Both the position numbers and the translations under genes were made by a program. This document shows positions 9,336 to 19,926 of a stretch of DNA of 64,000 bases, piece by piece; position 1 is the stretch's first letter, and every line of letters starts with the position of its first letter. The notes under the pieces were generated by a model. It saw only the letters and a list, made by a program, of their open reading frames with translations. It ran no database searches and was not told where the DNA came from. The stretch covers positions 460,566 to 524,565 of IMG/VR virus record IMGVR_UViG_3300027749_002876; one strand, written 5' to 3'.

Positions 9336-11231
9336 TTAATTAGATTCTTTTACTTCCGCATCAACTACATTGTCATTAGCATTCTTTGCTTCTGTAGCTT
9401 CTTTGGCTTTTTGTTCCTCATCATATTTGATTTTTGTGATGGGACTAATTGCTTCGTATAAGTCTTTGATTTTGTTTTCAATTTCTTCTACGTCTGTTCC
9501 AGCTAATGCAACTTCCAATGCATCAATGCTATTAGATGCTTTTTCTTTTTCTTCTGCTGTAACACTATCTCCGTGCTTCTCGTAGTCTTTACGGAAACTG
9601 TTCAATGTTGATTCGCCGTTATTTTTTGCTTGAATAAATTTAACTTGTTTGGCATCAGATTCAGCATTTGCTTCAGCATCATTAACCATTTGTTGAATTT
9701 CTCTTTCAGTTAGTCCTGAATCAGATTTGATAGTAATCTTATTCTCTTTGCCTGTACCTTTATCTTTGGCACTTACATTAAGAATACCATTTGCATCAAT
9801 ATCTAACGTGACTTCAATTTGAGGAACACCACGCATTGATGGAGGAATGCCCTCTAAATTAAATTCACCTAATATCTTATTGTATGTAAACAAATCACGT
9901 TCACCTTGTGCAACCTTAATAGTTACTGCAGGTTGATTGTCTTCCGCTGTACTAAACACTTGACTATGCTTAGTTGGGATAGTTGTATTCTTCTTAATCA
10001 ATTTAGTGAATACACCGCCACTTGTTTCAATACCCAAACTCAGTGGTGTCACATCCAATAACAATACGTCAGTGCGTTCACCGGCTAATACACTACCTTG
10101 AAGTGCCGCACCTGCCGCCACTGCTTCATCAGGATTAACATCTTTGCGTGGTGCCTGACCAAACAACTTCTCAACTGTTTCTTGTACTTTGGGCATACGT
10201 GTCATACCACCAACAAGAATAACCTCATCAATGTCAGCAATTTTAACACCGGCATCTTGTATAGCTTGTTGACATGGTTTGATACTACGTTGAATCAATT
10301 CATCAACTAACAATTCTAATTTAGCACGACTTAATTTAACATTTAAGTGTTTAGGTCCACTAACATCGGCTGTGATATATGGCAAGTTAACATCTGTTTG
10401 AGCACTACTACTTAACTCAATCTTTGCTTTCTCAGCCGCATCTTTCATCCGTTGCAATGCCAATACATCTTTGGTTAAGTCAATACCGTTGTCTTTCTTA
10501 AACTCATCAACTAAGAAGTCCATGATACGTTGGTCAAAGTCTTCGCCACCTAAGAACGTATCACCATTTGTTGATAATACTTCAATTTGTGTTTCACCAT
10601 CAACATCTGCTAATTCAATAATACTTACATCAAATGTACCACCACCTAAGTCATAAACAGCAATCTTACGGTCCGTTTTATCTTTTTTATCTACACCATA
10701 TGCTAGTGCAGCCGCAGTAGGTTCGTTGATAATACGCAATACTTCTAGTCCTGCAATACGTCCTGCGTCTTTAGTTGCTTGACGTTGGCTATCATTGAAG
10801 TAAGCTGGAACTGTAATAACTGCTTGAGTAACTGTTGTACCCAAATAGTCTTCAGCAGTCTTTTTCATCTTACGTAATACTTCAGCACTGATTTGCGGTG
10901 GTGCTAATTTTTGCCCATTAGACTCAACCCATGCATCGCCATTGTCTGCCTTAATGATTTTGTATGGCATCAAGTCAATATCTTTTTGAACCGCTTGTTC
11001 TGTGAACTTACGACCAATCAATCGCTTGGCAGCATAGATTGTATTCTTTGGGTTTGTAACTGATTGACGTTTGGCACTTGCACCTACTAATATCTCATCA
11101 TTGGCATAGGCAACGATTGAGGGTGTAGTTCTTGCACCTTCACTGTTTTCAATTATTTTGGGGATTCCGTTTTCAATAACGGCTACGCAGGAATTTGTGG
11201 TTCCGAGGTCTATTCCAATTACTTTGCTCAT
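9336..11231 (-). CDS. dnaK: Chaperone DnaK (Hsp70)
   Basis: [37 protein letters not shown]; start placed at 11231 after AAGGAG. Confidence 0.98.
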   Translation of the reverse strand: MSKVIGIDLGTTNSCVAVIENGIPKIIENSEGARTTPSIVAYANDEILVGASAKRQSVTNPKNTIYAAKRLIGRKFTEQAVQKDIDLMPYKIIKADNGDAWVESNGQKLAPPQISAEVLRKMKKTAEDYLGTTVTQAVITVPAYFNDSQRQATKDAGRIAGLEVLRIINEPTAAALAYGVDKKDKTDRKIAVYDLGGGTFDVSIIELADVDGETQIEVLSTNGDTFLGGEDFDQRIMDFLVDEFKKDNGIDLTKDVLALQRMKDAAEKAKIELSSSAQTDVNLPYITADVSGPKHLNVKLSRAKLELLVDELIQRSIKPCQQAIQDAGVKIADIDEVILVGGMTRMPKVQETVEKLFGQAPRKDVNPDEAVAAGAALQGSVLAGERTDVLLLDVTPLSLGIETSGGVFTKLIKKNTTIPTKHSQVFSTAEDNQPAVTIKVAQGERDLFTYNKILGEFNLEGIPPSMRGVPQIEVTLDIDANGILNVSAKDKGTGKENKITIKSDSGLTEREIQQMVNDAEANAESDAKQVKFIQAKNNGESTLNSFRKDYEKHGDSVTAEEKEKASNSIDALEVALAGTDVEEIENKIKDLYEAISPITKIKYDEEQKAKEATEAKNANDNVVDAEVKESN

Positions 11232-11286
11232 TTTTTCTCCTTTATAAAGCAAGATTCTAATTTCAGACCCGATAATCGGCATCTGA
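11229..11286 (-). promoter_or_regulatory. ROSE-like RNA thermometer in dnaK leader
   Basis: Hairpin UCAGAU-G-CCGA-UUA-UCGG-GUCUGA, then UCUUGCU-UUAUAA-AGGAGA; ATAAATA motif at 11292-11298 just upstream. Confidence 0.7.
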
Positions 11287-11329
11287 GTACATATTTATCA
11301 TATTGATAATACGTAAAAAATTCTATTAT

Positions 11330-11545
11330 TTAAAAGTCTTTCTTAGGAAGACTTTGGTCTCTTAAAAATTTCTGCCACCTACGTTTAGCTTGACTTTTTG
11401 CTAGTTTACGTTTGATAGTAGGTTTTACGAATTCTTGACGGTCACGTACCTCTTGTAAGGTGCCGTAGTCTGCGATAACTTTTTTAAATTTCCGCAATGC
11501 TTTGTCTACGTTTCCATCCTGAACTAAAACTTTCCTACCTCTCAT
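11330..11545 (-). CDS. rpsU: Ribosomal protein bS21
   Basis: NVDKALRKFKK...EVRDRQEFVKPTIKRK. Confidence 0.9.
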   Translation of the reverse strand: MRGRKVLVQDGNVDKALRKFKKVIADYGTLQEVRDRQEFVKPTIKRKLAKSQAKRRWQKFLRDQSLPKKDF

Positions 11546-12744
11546 ACTATAACTGTTGGCTCCAAAATTTGTTTTCTATCTATATTTATGTTTAGTACAT
11601 TATTATCACGGTACTTTTTAGTGTAGAACATGTGAGGCATCAATACACGCTCAATTTCAGTATGCAATCCACGTGCCCCTGTCTTAAGTGACAATGTATT
11701 CTCTGCTAATTGGTCTAGTGCATCTACCGTAAAGCTTAAATCAATGTTGTCCAAGCTTAACAAGTACTTGTATTGGTCAATATAGTTATTTTTGATTCCG
11801 GTCAATACTGTGATTAACTCATCTTTTGTCAAATCTTCCACATTGACTGTTGTAGTAAAACGACCAATGAACTCGGGAATCATACCAAATTTAACTAAGT
11901 CATCTGGACTAACATTACTTAAATTACCATCAGTGTTGGCGTTTTTAATTTGAGCGCCAAATCCAATACTTGTACCGTTTTCACGATTGCTAACAATACC
12001 CTTTAATCCAACAAATGCACCGCCAGCAATGAATAAGATATTCTTAGTATTGATTTCAATCATATCTCCACCGGGATGTTTACGTCCACCACCAGCTGGA
12101 ATACGACAAACAGTACCTTCAACCAGTTTAAGTAATGCTTGTTGAACACCTTCACCTGACACATCACGTGTGATATTAGCACTTTCACCTTTACGGGCAA
12201 TCTTGTCAATCTCGTCAATGAATACAATGCCACGCTCGGCTAGTTTAACGTCACCACCTGCGGCATTGAGTAGCATACTAATCATTGATTCAACATCATC
12301 ACCTACATAACCTGCTTCTGTAATACTTGTTGCATCTGCTACGATGAAGGGCACTTTAAGATATTTTGCTACTGTTTTAGCAAGTAAGGTTTTACCTGAA
12401 CCAGTTGGTCCTACTAGTAATACATTACCTTTAGAAATCTCTAAGTCTTTAGGTGGTTTGTTGATACGTTTATAGTGATTAGCAATAGCCACACTTAATA
12501 CTTTTTTAGCATTGTGTTGACCAACTACATGAGTATCAAGGAAATCTTTAATAGACTCTGGATCATATGATACTGCATCTTCTATTACAAATTCGTTCTT
12601 GGATTCATCGTCTACCATTAATGTATTGCATAATTCTACGCAATCACTACAGATAGCTACTTCTTCACTTACAATCAATTTTTTTACATTGTCTTTGTGG
12701 TTATCACAAAAGGAACAACGGTTGAGTTTATTTTCTGTTGACAT
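11542..12744 (-). CDS. clpX: ATP-dependent Clp protease ATP-binding subunit ClpX
   Basis: CSFC...ICSDC zinc finger, [31 protein letters not shown] loop, TGARGL. Confidence 0.97.
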   Translation of the reverse strand: MSTENKLNRCSFCDNHKDNVKKLIVSEEVAICSDCVELCNTLMVDDESKNEFVIEDAVSYDPESIKDFLDTHVVGQHNAKKVLSVAIANHYKRINKPPKDLEISKGNVLLVGPTGSGKTLLAKTVAKYLKVPFIVADATSITEAGYVGDDVESMISMLLNAAGGDVKLAERGIVFIDEIDKIARKGESANITRDVSGEGVQQALLKLVEGTVCRIPAGGGRKHPGGDMIEINTKNILFIAGGAFVGLKGIVSNRENGTSIGFGAQIKNANTDGNLSNVSPDDLVKFGMIPEFIGRFTTTVNVEDLTKDELITVLTGIKNNYIDQYKYLLSLDNIDLSFTVDALDQLAENTLSLKTGARGLHTEIERVLMPHMFYTKKYRDNNVLNINIDRKQILEPTVIV

Positions 12745-12781
12745 ATTAATACTTATCTACAATTTATTGTTTAAATGATTT

Positions 12782-13750
12782 TTATGGACAACTACTGTCA
12801 TCTACTACTGACAACTCAATATTGTGAATATATTTTATTGCCTCTTCCATATTGGTTAGTCTTAATTCTATTAAGTTTTTTTCTGTTTGATTTCCGTATA
12901 CTACTAGTGTAGAACCCAAATCATAAAAAGCTGGCTTCTTACCTACAACAGAATCTGGCACATAACATTGCTTAAACGTTATAGTATTCTTAAAATCTTT
13001 AATAGTTAACAAAATGTTAGGTTTATTTCTTTGCATTTTATCTCTAATAGTCGATGTAATAATCATATCGTTAAACTTATATTGATTTTTACTACCAATA
13101 ACCCAATCTTTAGGATCCTTTGCCATTACAGTAACATTGCTCGGGCTGGGTGTTAACAATCCATTACTGCCATCCTCTAATATCTTCAATGCTTCATTAA
13201 ATGAAACAATGTAGTTATAGTTCCATTTCAATTCTAATGGAATTTCAATGATACCATTGCGATAGCTATCCACTTTAAATTGATGAACCCCTTGAGTAAC
13301 AGTAAATGCTTTTTTGGGATAGTCATTTAATACTTGGTTTAACAATCTATCTGCGTTAGCTTTTACTTGTAGAAATGTTTTATATTGGTTAGAGTGTTTA
13401 TCAGTATCAAAGTTTTTAACTTCTTTACCCACTCCTAATATTCTATCGGATAACTTACTACTGGCTACTTGAACATCAACAATAACTTGAATATGATTTC
13501 CCAATTTAAATGTGTTAATGATTTTGTAATCAGTTACATAACCGGCACTATAAACTAAAATTTCATCTTTAACTAGTTTATAGTTGACAGATTCACGTTC
13601 TGTGGTTACGACTGAGCCAGCAACAATCTCAATCGCTGTTCTAAAAGCATTTAGTTTAGCTTCCTCGAACGTAGATCCTTGACCACTAACCTGCAATGCG
13701 TTAGCAAAAGGTGCTACCAGACATAATAACACTAATAATAGTCTTTTCAT
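12782..13750 (-). CDS. Exported protein (LPP20-like N-terminal domain)
   Basis: Signal peptide MKRLLLVLLCLVAPFANA; GQGSTFEEAKLNAFRTAIE motif. Confidence 0.65.
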   Translation of the reverse strand: MKRLLLVLLCLVAPFANALQVSGQGSTFEEAKLNAFRTAIEIVAGSVVTTERESVNYKLVKDEILVYSAGYVTDYKIINTFKLGNHIQVIVDVQVASSKLSDRILGVGKEVKNFDTDKHSNQYKTFLQVKANADRLLNQVLNDYPKKAFTVTQGVHQFKVDSYRNGIIEIPLELKWNYNYIVSFNEALKILEDGSNGLLTPSPSNVTVMAKDPKDWVIGSKNQYKFNDMIITSTIRDKMQRNKPNILLTIKDFKNTITFKQCYVPDSVVGKKPAFYDLGSTLVVYGNQTEKNLIELRLTNMEEAIKYIHNIELSVVDDSSCP

Positions 13751-14418
13751 TATTGACCAAAGCGTTTACGCATATACATTGCGGCACGTTCAGTATCATG
13801 GTCCCAACGAATAACTGCCTTAACAGTTTGTCTATCTACGATTTCAGCATCTTTAAGTAATGCACCACGTAGTTTACCTTCAGCATTGTTACGAATGCTT
13901 TCACTCAGTGTACGAACAACCTCGTTATTGTTTTCACGTACAGCAAAGTTTGTGTCTTTGCTTGCATCTTGGTCACTCATTTCAACTGCTTCATCGGCAC
14001 TGATACGATTTTTAATACGATCCTGAGCCTTCTCTACATTCTTTGTAACAGTATTAGAAAAGTTGTTTGAACTAACACCCTCATTCATAAAACGAATTAG
14101 TCTTGCCTTCGCATCCATCTCTGCGGCAATAAATGCACGTTCACGTAATGCTTCACTATTGCCAAAACTATTTGCATAGCCGGTAACTTCAATAGATTGG
14201 ATTTCACCCTTGACACACAATGCATCAGTAACACCAAACATACCTGTGCCAAATGCACAAGACCATTCAATCTTGATACCCTGTCGTTTAAAACTAGAGG
14301 TAAGTTTTTGTGTATTAATTGCAGTAATGGGCGCAGATTCTACACTTGCTTTTTTACTGGTTGACGAACATCCAGCTAGCACCAATGCTACTGAAATTGC
14401 TACTAGTTTGAGTTTCAT
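13750..14418 (-). CDS. Lipoprotein (LPP20-like)
   Basis: Start revised to MKLKLVAISVALVLAGC (lipobox LAGC) after GGAG. Confidence 0.75.
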   Translation of the reverse strand: MKLKLVAISVALVLAGCSSTSKKASVESAPITAINTQKLTSSFKRQGIKIEWSCAFGTGMFGVTDALCVKGEIQSIEVTGYANSFGNSEALRERAFIAAEMDAKARLIRFMNEGVSSNNFSNTVTKNVEKAQDRIKNRISADEAVEMSDQDASKDTNFAVRENNNEVVRTLSESIRNNAEGKLRGALLKDAEIVDRQTVKAVIRWDHDTERAAMYMRKRFGQ

Positions 14419-14448
14419 ATATACTCCGATTTTGTTAAAGATGTGTTT

Positions 14449-14477
14449 ATTATACACTACTTTTAACTAAACGTCAA
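14449..14477 (-). promoter_or_regulatory. Sigma70-type promoter for lipoprotein pair
   Basis: TTGACG-17-TATAAT. Confidence 0.75.
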
Positions 14478-16009
14478 CTATTTTGGTTACCCTTTTGAAT
14501 TTTAATGTAATCTTCAATTTGGTAACGCTCATTGTCTGACAACAATTCTGGGTCATACTCGCCCTTTGCAATCATATCAATAAGGTAATCAATGTATTTG
14601 GTATTGTACAAGTATGTATTGCTAGAAGTTTTGGCAATTTCAATCCAATTTTGTCCATCAAATTTGTAAACTTTATTGGGTAATACATCTACACGGGTGA
14701 ACACATCACCTTTATCCGAGGAATCAGGAAACTTTGGTCCAAACCCACTGGTAATCTGTTTACCCGAATCTACTGAGATTTTTAAGAATTCCGGATGCAT
14801 ACTGAATAATGCTTCTTTTTGCATATGTTTACCTTCGTATGCAACATATCCGCCTGGTAATTCTTTAAACGGTAAATCCTGTTTTACCAACATAGTGTGA
14901 TCCTCATCTGCTGTGAGTTCAACATCAGGTTCTTTTGTAGCAACCATTGGCTTAGTATCAAAATGAACGAATGGTTTATTCAAATATGGATGTTGTTTTA
15001 GTATTGATTCTTCTTCAAAAGGACCATCACTAACGTCACATAATTTATTTGGGCAAAATAGACCGATGCCAGTAGCATTTATCAATTCAGTACCACACAT
15101 ATAACAGTTGATTGGTTCATTAACCGATTCTTTAATCTGTACAATTTGGCCATCTGTTAATGGCCCATCATCAGGTTCATATGCTGGTTCTGTGACAGTG
15201 GGAGTTGATACTGGTTCAGTCCCTAGAGGGCTGTCACCCTCCTCATCCCATTCTTTACTTGCATTGGCAGCTAATACTAAAGCAATAGCTAAAGGATCAA
15301 ATACAATAACAAGTAAAATAATAACCCAACGCACTGATGCCTCTAACATATTGGTATCAGCGTTGTCACCATATATCAACGCGGCAATGTATTTTATCGG
15401 ACCGACTTCTGCCTCAACCTTGCGTACCTCGGAAGCAATAGGGGCTCGTTCTTCATTAAGTATTGTAATTTTTTTCTGTTCGGCTTCAATCTCAGCAAGG
15501 AGACGCCCACGTTCCTTTTGTTGACCCCTACGTACAGCCACGGCCTTATCTGCACCCGTTTCTGTTGTACTTCGACCCATAATTTGGTCCACTGCCTCAT
15601 CCATTTGTTTGAGAGCTTTGCGATTAACATCTATATTTTCCTTTGATATTTTAATCTTCTCATCGTATAATGCAATCTTAGATTGTACATCACCTGAGGT
15701 AACACCTTGTTCCATGTGTGCTTTGCTTAAGAAGCCAAAGATACCCATGCTTGTTAATAGTGCAAGTGCAATAACAGCAGGTACAAGATATAGTTTAAGT
15801 AAGAAGCCGGCACGATTCCAATACTTACGTAGCCAAACAGTTGTGGTAATCTTACCTATTTCAAGGATACCGCCCATGATGATAACAGGAACAACCGCAC
15901 CTGCAAAGATGGCGGTTAATCCAATGATACTATACCAGGCTGCGACTGAGCTAAGTGCAAGAGCAACCAATAGTGTAAGATTTGAGAATGATAGAAATTT
16001 TAAGCGCAT
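14474..16009 (-). CDS. Multi-pass membrane protein with coiled coil
   Basis: Three N-terminal TM segments, coiled coil, TM IILLVIVFDPLAIALVLAA, CxxC...CPxxxC motif. Confidence 0.7.
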   Translation of the reverse strand: MRLKFLSFSNLTLLVALALSSVAAWYSIIGLTAIFAGAVVPVIIMGGILEIGKITTTVWLRKYWNRAGFLLKLYLVPAVIALALLTSMGIFGFLSKAHMEQGVTSGDVQSKIALYDEKIKISKENIDVNRKALKQMDEAVDQIMGRSTTETGADKAVAVRRGQQKERGRLLAEIEAEQKKITILNEERAPIASEVRKVEAEVGPIKYIAALIYGDNADTNMLEASVRWVIILLVIVFDPLAIALVLAANASKEWDEEGDSPLGTEPVSTPTVTEPAYEPDDGPLTDGQIVQIKESVNEPINCYMCGTELINATGIGLFCPNKLCDVSDGPFEEESILKQHPYLNKPFVHFDTKPMVATKEPDVELTADEDHTMLVKQDLPFKELPGGYVAYEGKHMQKEALFSMHPEFLKISVDSGKQITSGFGPKFPDSSDKGDVFTRVDVLPNKVYKFDGQNWIEIAKTSSNTYLYNTKYIDYLIDMIAKGEYDPELLSDNERYQIEDYIKIQKGNQNS

Positions 16010-16016
16010 CTAATAT

Positions 16017-16223
16017 TTAGTCTTTAAATAGGTAGCCATAAGTGTTGATAAATTCCTCTACTCCCATTACATATCTGACAGGTATACCAGGTCCTGTTTT
16101 AGTCATATAAGTGACCCAGTATATCCCTTCATCACGTAATTTAATTTGTGTGACAGTGATTGTAGCACCATCTTCAAATACAAAAGATTTACCAACTAGC
16201 TTTTCTAGTTCTGGTGGAATCAT
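16017..16223 (-). CDS. Hypothetical protein
   Basis: 68-aa ORF, ATGA overlap. Confidence 0.6.
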   Translation of the reverse strand: MIPPELEKLVGKSFVFEDGATITVTQIKLRDEGIYWVTYMTKTGPGIPVRYVMGVEEFINTYGYLFKD

Positions 16224-17545
16224 TTTGCATTATGATACACATCAAACTGTGACCACTGACCTCGCCAGTTTTCATGTTCACTATCCATACCTTCATCACC
16301 AAGTTCTTCACCATCATATACTAATCGTGTGACTACGCTTGTGCCTTGAATATCCCAGTTGAATACTTTCAGTTTCTTAGGTTCAAATGCACCTTCAATA
16401 CTTGTTTGAATACAACTGCCCTTACCACCTTGTGTCCACATCAACCAGTAACCTTTACCTAGATGTTCTGGATAGAGTTCTTCTACTTCTTCTGATGCTT
16501 CCCAACGGCTATCTTCTTCTCCGTGTGCGTCACTAAAGAATGATTCAATGTCGCCGTCATAGATTGTCTCGCCTGCACTATTTTCAATGGTCATACGGGT
16601 ATCGTCTTGGTCAAAGCCCCAGAATGAATGTTTACCTTGATACTCATAATAAGGCAAATCAAATCGTGCCGCCTTAGGAGTTTTGTTCTCATCGTAGTCA
16701 TAATTCTCGTTAAGTGCATCACTCAAGTCATCTTCGTGATCCTCATTACTCCAGTAATCATATTGTTGTTTCTTAATCTTATGTACGCCAATCTCACGTG
16801 TACGACCCCAGATACGAATTGTATATGTATCTTCAGGATAAATTTCTTTTAATGAATCATCATCCTCAACTACAATATTTTCAAAGGGCCATTCAGCAGT
16901 TTCTACGAAATTACTATCTGGAGTGGGCCATTGTGTAGTAGGAGTATCCACTATTAATTTTTCAAACTCCAGTTTGAGTTCTTCTAATCCTGCTTCTAAC
17001 TCAGCAGTATCTACATGTTCTTCTTCCTCTTCATCAAGGGCTTCTTTAGCCCAACGTGCTTCACGTTCTGCTTTTTCTTGTTCTTCTTTAACACCGGCTT
17101 CTGTTAATACGAGATTGCTATCACACATTGGACAAATCTTAACAGCCTCATCTAATTGTTTGCCACCTTTATATACCCAAGACATTTCAGCATCATAACT
17201 TTGACCAACCCATTTACAATTACTACATTTGTGCGTGGGTTTTGGTGGCTCGGGTTCAACATGCCAACTAGATTTGTCACCTAATTCATATGTAACTTCG
17301 TAACCACCTTTGCGGTCAGTCCAACAGTCATCATATTGAAATTCCCATTCAATGTCAACATCATTTTCGTTGGCATCGTCAAGCACTTCTTCATAATCAA
17401 TTTCACCTGCCTCGAGGTCTGCGAGTTTTTGTGCAATCTCATCTTCATCTAAGTCAGGATAGATTTCACTTAATAGTGCTTCATCAATTTCAATAGCATA
17501 TTGTCTATCGTGTTGATGCCATTCATGTTTTACGACTGTTACCAT
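16220..17545 (-). CDS. Highly acidic hypothetical protein with zinc ribbon
   Basis: Very D/E-rich; CSNC...CPMC; AGGAGG RBS. Confidence 0.7.
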   Translation of the reverse strand: MVTVVKHEWHQHDRQYAIEIDEALLSEIYPDLDEDEIAQKLADLEAGEIDYEEVLDDANENDVDIEWEFQYDDCWTDRKGGYEVTYELGDKSSWHVEPEPPKPTHKCSNCKWVGQSYDAEMSWVYKGGKQLDEAVKICPMCDSNLVLTEAGVKEEQEKAEREARWAKEALDEEEEEHVDTAELEAGLEELKLEFEKLIVDTPTTQWPTPDSNFVETAEWPFENIVVEDDDSLKEIYPEDTYTIRIWGRTREIGVHKIKKQQYDYWSNEDHEDDLSDALNENYDYDENKTPKAARFDLPYYEYQGKHSFWGFDQDDTRMTIENSAGETIYDGDIESFFSDAHGEEDSRWEASEEVEELYPEHLGKGYWLMWTQGGKGSCIQTSIEGAFEPKKLKVFNWDIQGTSVVTRLVYDGEELGDEGMDSEHENWRGQWSQFDVYHNAK

Positions 17546-17672
17546 TTTGTGCCTCCTTAGCGTTCTGGTAAATTTTCTTTAATATATCTACTATTGGACG
17601 AACTATCCATCCACCCCAAACTATACCACAAATAAAATAAATCCATTCATTGAAAGTCATAATGTCATTGTA

Positions 17673-19007
17673 TCACTTATCGTCACGGAAACGAACAAAT
17701 CTGGGGAAACGCAAACTATATGTACCATCTTGGTTCTGTGTAATTACATCACATAAGACTTCACAAGTGCGACCAATGACCAAATTACGGTTAGTGTAAT
17801 AATCATCTCTATCAACATCACTAAAGCCACTACCCACATTGACTGTAATTTCTTTCCCGTCGTCAACTCCATGACAAACCAGTGCTCCAAGTCTTCCCAA
17901 GTTTCTACCAGTACCTTCTTCAACACCTACGACCTCCAAATCTACAGTTAATGTTGGCTTCCATTTCATCCAATCAGTGCTACGTTTACAGATATATGGA
18001 GCTTCTAATTCTTTAATCATAATGCCTTCAAACCCTGCATTGACATTGTCCTTAGCATAACGCATCAATTGATCCTTACCTGCGGCTGTATCTAAGTCAA
18101 CCATGATGTGTGGTAATAGTTCAACATTGGGCATAGTGTCAACCACGTGCCGAATGTGTTCAAGGATATCGATACGTTTACGCAGTTGACTATTCCAATG
18201 TCCTTCACGGAAATCACTCAATGGAATAATATCAAAGATATTAAACACACTGTCATCAGCCTGCACGTTGTCTTTTCTACGTGCTTGTCGCATCAGTTCT
18301 TGGAATGTATTACCGATCACTTCACCGTCTAATACGAACCCGTTAATCAATGCGTTCTGATGTCCTCTAGCAATTTTAATCCAGTTCTCACGCACCTGTT
18401 CTTCAATGTGACCAAAGTTGTCAAACTGTTTGCCGTTACGACTGAAACAGATAGTAGTCACATCACCAAAGTCACTTGGGATAACCATTAGTAACACACG
18501 AACACCATCAAGCTTTGGCTCAAGACGTTTAACACCTTTCATCTCAGGACGACCCTCGCTATTAGTTGCTAGTTGACAACCAAAGATTGGGATCTCGTAA
18601 TCAGTTTTTTTACAGATTTTATTAACTGTCTTATCGCTGATACCTGCACGTAAGTCTCTACGCAATACAGGTGCTAAGAATGTATTCCATTCACTACTAT
18701 CAAAACGCTCTGCCATTTCCTGAATAGCATCACGTGCGGCATGACCTGTCAATCTACGTTGGCTAAGTTGTAACATCAATTCATTAAACTCTTCCCAGGG
18801 ATTTTCTGCATCACTAATACCTACTGTGTCTGGTACTTGGCGAACACCAAACGTAACGTAAGGATTGTAACACGCTTTTACAAAAGACAAGAAATTGATA
18901 GCGTTTGTACTACCTAGGACACTTGCCTCTAATGCTTGTTTGATAACGTCTTCCTTGTGTAGGCGACTATCTGATTCGTTTAGTTTATTAATCCAACTTG
19001 CACTCAT
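17673..19007 (-). CDS. ATP-dependent DNA ligase
   Basis: EPKLDGVR adenylation motif, LDGE, FEGIMIK, WMKWK, VGSGFSD, SLRFPRF. Confidence 0.95.
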   Translation of the reverse strand: MSASWINKLNESDSRLHKEDVIKQALEASVLGSTNAINFLSFVKACYNPYVTFGVRQVPDTVGISDAENPWEEFNELMLQLSQRRLTGHAARDAIQEMAERFDSSEWNTFLAPVLRRDLRAGISDKTVNKICKKTDYEIPIFGCQLATNSEGRPEMKGVKRLEPKLDGVRVLLMVIPSDFGDVTTICFSRNGKQFDNFGHIEEQVRENWIKIARGHQNALINGFVLDGEVIGNTFQELMRQARRKDNVQADDSVFNIFDIIPLSDFREGHWNSQLRKRIDILEHIRHVVDTMPNVELLPHIMVDLDTAAGKDQLMRYAKDNVNAGFEGIMIKELEAPYICKRSTDWMKWKPTLTVDLEVVGVEEGTGRNLGRLGALVCHGVDDGKEITVNVGSGFSDVDRDDYYTNRNLVIGRTCEVLCDVITQNQDGTYSLRFPRFVRFRDDK

Positions 19008-19153
19008 TTTTCACTCCATTCACAGGTACAGTATTGAAACTCATGTCGGGTTTCATCTATAGGTAGATAATCAAACTCAGGGCAATAGTGTGCCTTCTCA
19101 CCAGTCAATATCTTACCGTGTATTTGTAAGCAATCTTTTTCAAACTCGGTCAT
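19004..19153 (-). CDS. Small Cys/His-containing protein
   Basis: Manual: MTEFEKDCLQIHGK...HYCPEFDY...YCTCEWSEK; ATGA overlaps on both sides. Confidence 0.5.
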   Translation of the reverse strand: MTEFEKDCLQIHGKILTGEKAHYCPEFDYLPIDETRHEFQYCTCEWSEK

Positions 19154-19437
19154 TCTGTAACTCCAAAATGTTGTTTAATCAAATTCGAAGCAAGGAATGG
19201 TTCCGCAGTATCAGCAATCTCGGCGCATTTAAGAACAATCAACTCAGCGAACTTTTCATATACTGTGTCGTCGGGCATTGTTACATATTTTACGCCCGCC
19301 TGTTCAAGTAGTTCTCTAATTCGTTCGTTCTTTTTAAGTTTTAGTTTAGGAGCATACGGACCTCTACTACAAACGTGTGCAACATCAAAGTCTGGGTAAG
19401 TGCCTGCACAATGCTGGCAAACAAATCGCTTATTCAT
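19150..19437 (-). CDS. Small protein of the EKFAELIV paralogue family with N-terminal CxxC
   Basis: NERIRELLEQAG...EKFAELIVLKC. Confidence 0.65.
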   Translation of the reverse strand: MNKRFVCQHCAGTYPDFDVAHVCSRGPYAPKLKLKKNERIRELLEQAGVKYVTMPDDTVYEKFAELIVLKCAEIADTAEPFLASNLIKQHFGVTE

Positions 19438-19440
19438 ATA

Positions 19441-19926
19441 TTATCCTGAGAATGGCCACGCTGTCGTTGCGACAAAAGGTGGACGGGGTTTAAGTTCTAT
19501 TGTTTCAATAGTCTCATTATACACGTCCTCGTCAATTTTGTCAACAGTAAACGGACCCAAAATAGTAATAGTATCCTCTTCAACTTCCCAATTATGTTCA
19601 CCATCATAGAGCCAACCTGCACCACCGTCTGCCCAAAGTTGTTCAATTTCTTCTTTTTCTTCTTCGGTGAAACTGTCATCAAACTCAAAATCTACTGCAC
19701 AAAGGTCCTCAAGTTCACAGCCCCAACCAATAGTAGGATCGACACAATGGTATCTGTCATCACTAAAGGGTAGTTCATCTTCATCTTCTACAAATCCTTG
19801 ACCCCAACGATATAGTTCAGTAACACTCCAACCACGGATATTACCTTGTTCATCTTTGCTGTAAACATCATAGTATGCCTCAACGGATTTTTTATCTTGT
19901 GGTTTAATTCTGTATAGTATATTCAT
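19441..19926 (-). CDS. Acidic hypothetical protein
   Basis: Start revised to MNILYRIK after AAGGAG. Confidence 0.65.
   Translation of the reverse strand: MNILYRIKPQDKKSVEAYYDVYSKDEQGNIRGWSVTELYRWGQGFVEDEDELPFSDDRYHCVDPTIGWGCELEDLCAVDFEFDDSFTEEEKEEIEQLWADGGAGWLYDGEHNWEVEEDTITILGPFTVDKIDEDVYNETIETIELKPRPPFVATTAWPFSG

Noticed and set aside
11232-11282. N-terminal extensions given by the ORF track (dnaK, also 14457, 22749, 42493, 42960, 53151)
   Set aside because: Extensions run through promoters or leader hairpins; SD or promoter position and family N-termini support the downstream ATGs.
3398-12744. Bacterial chromosome origin suggested by clpP/clpX/dnaK/rpsU
   Set aside because: Gene order is non-bacterial, and the genes are interspersed with phage promoters and phage-type hypotheticals on a contig with T4-like polymerase, rnh and clamp.
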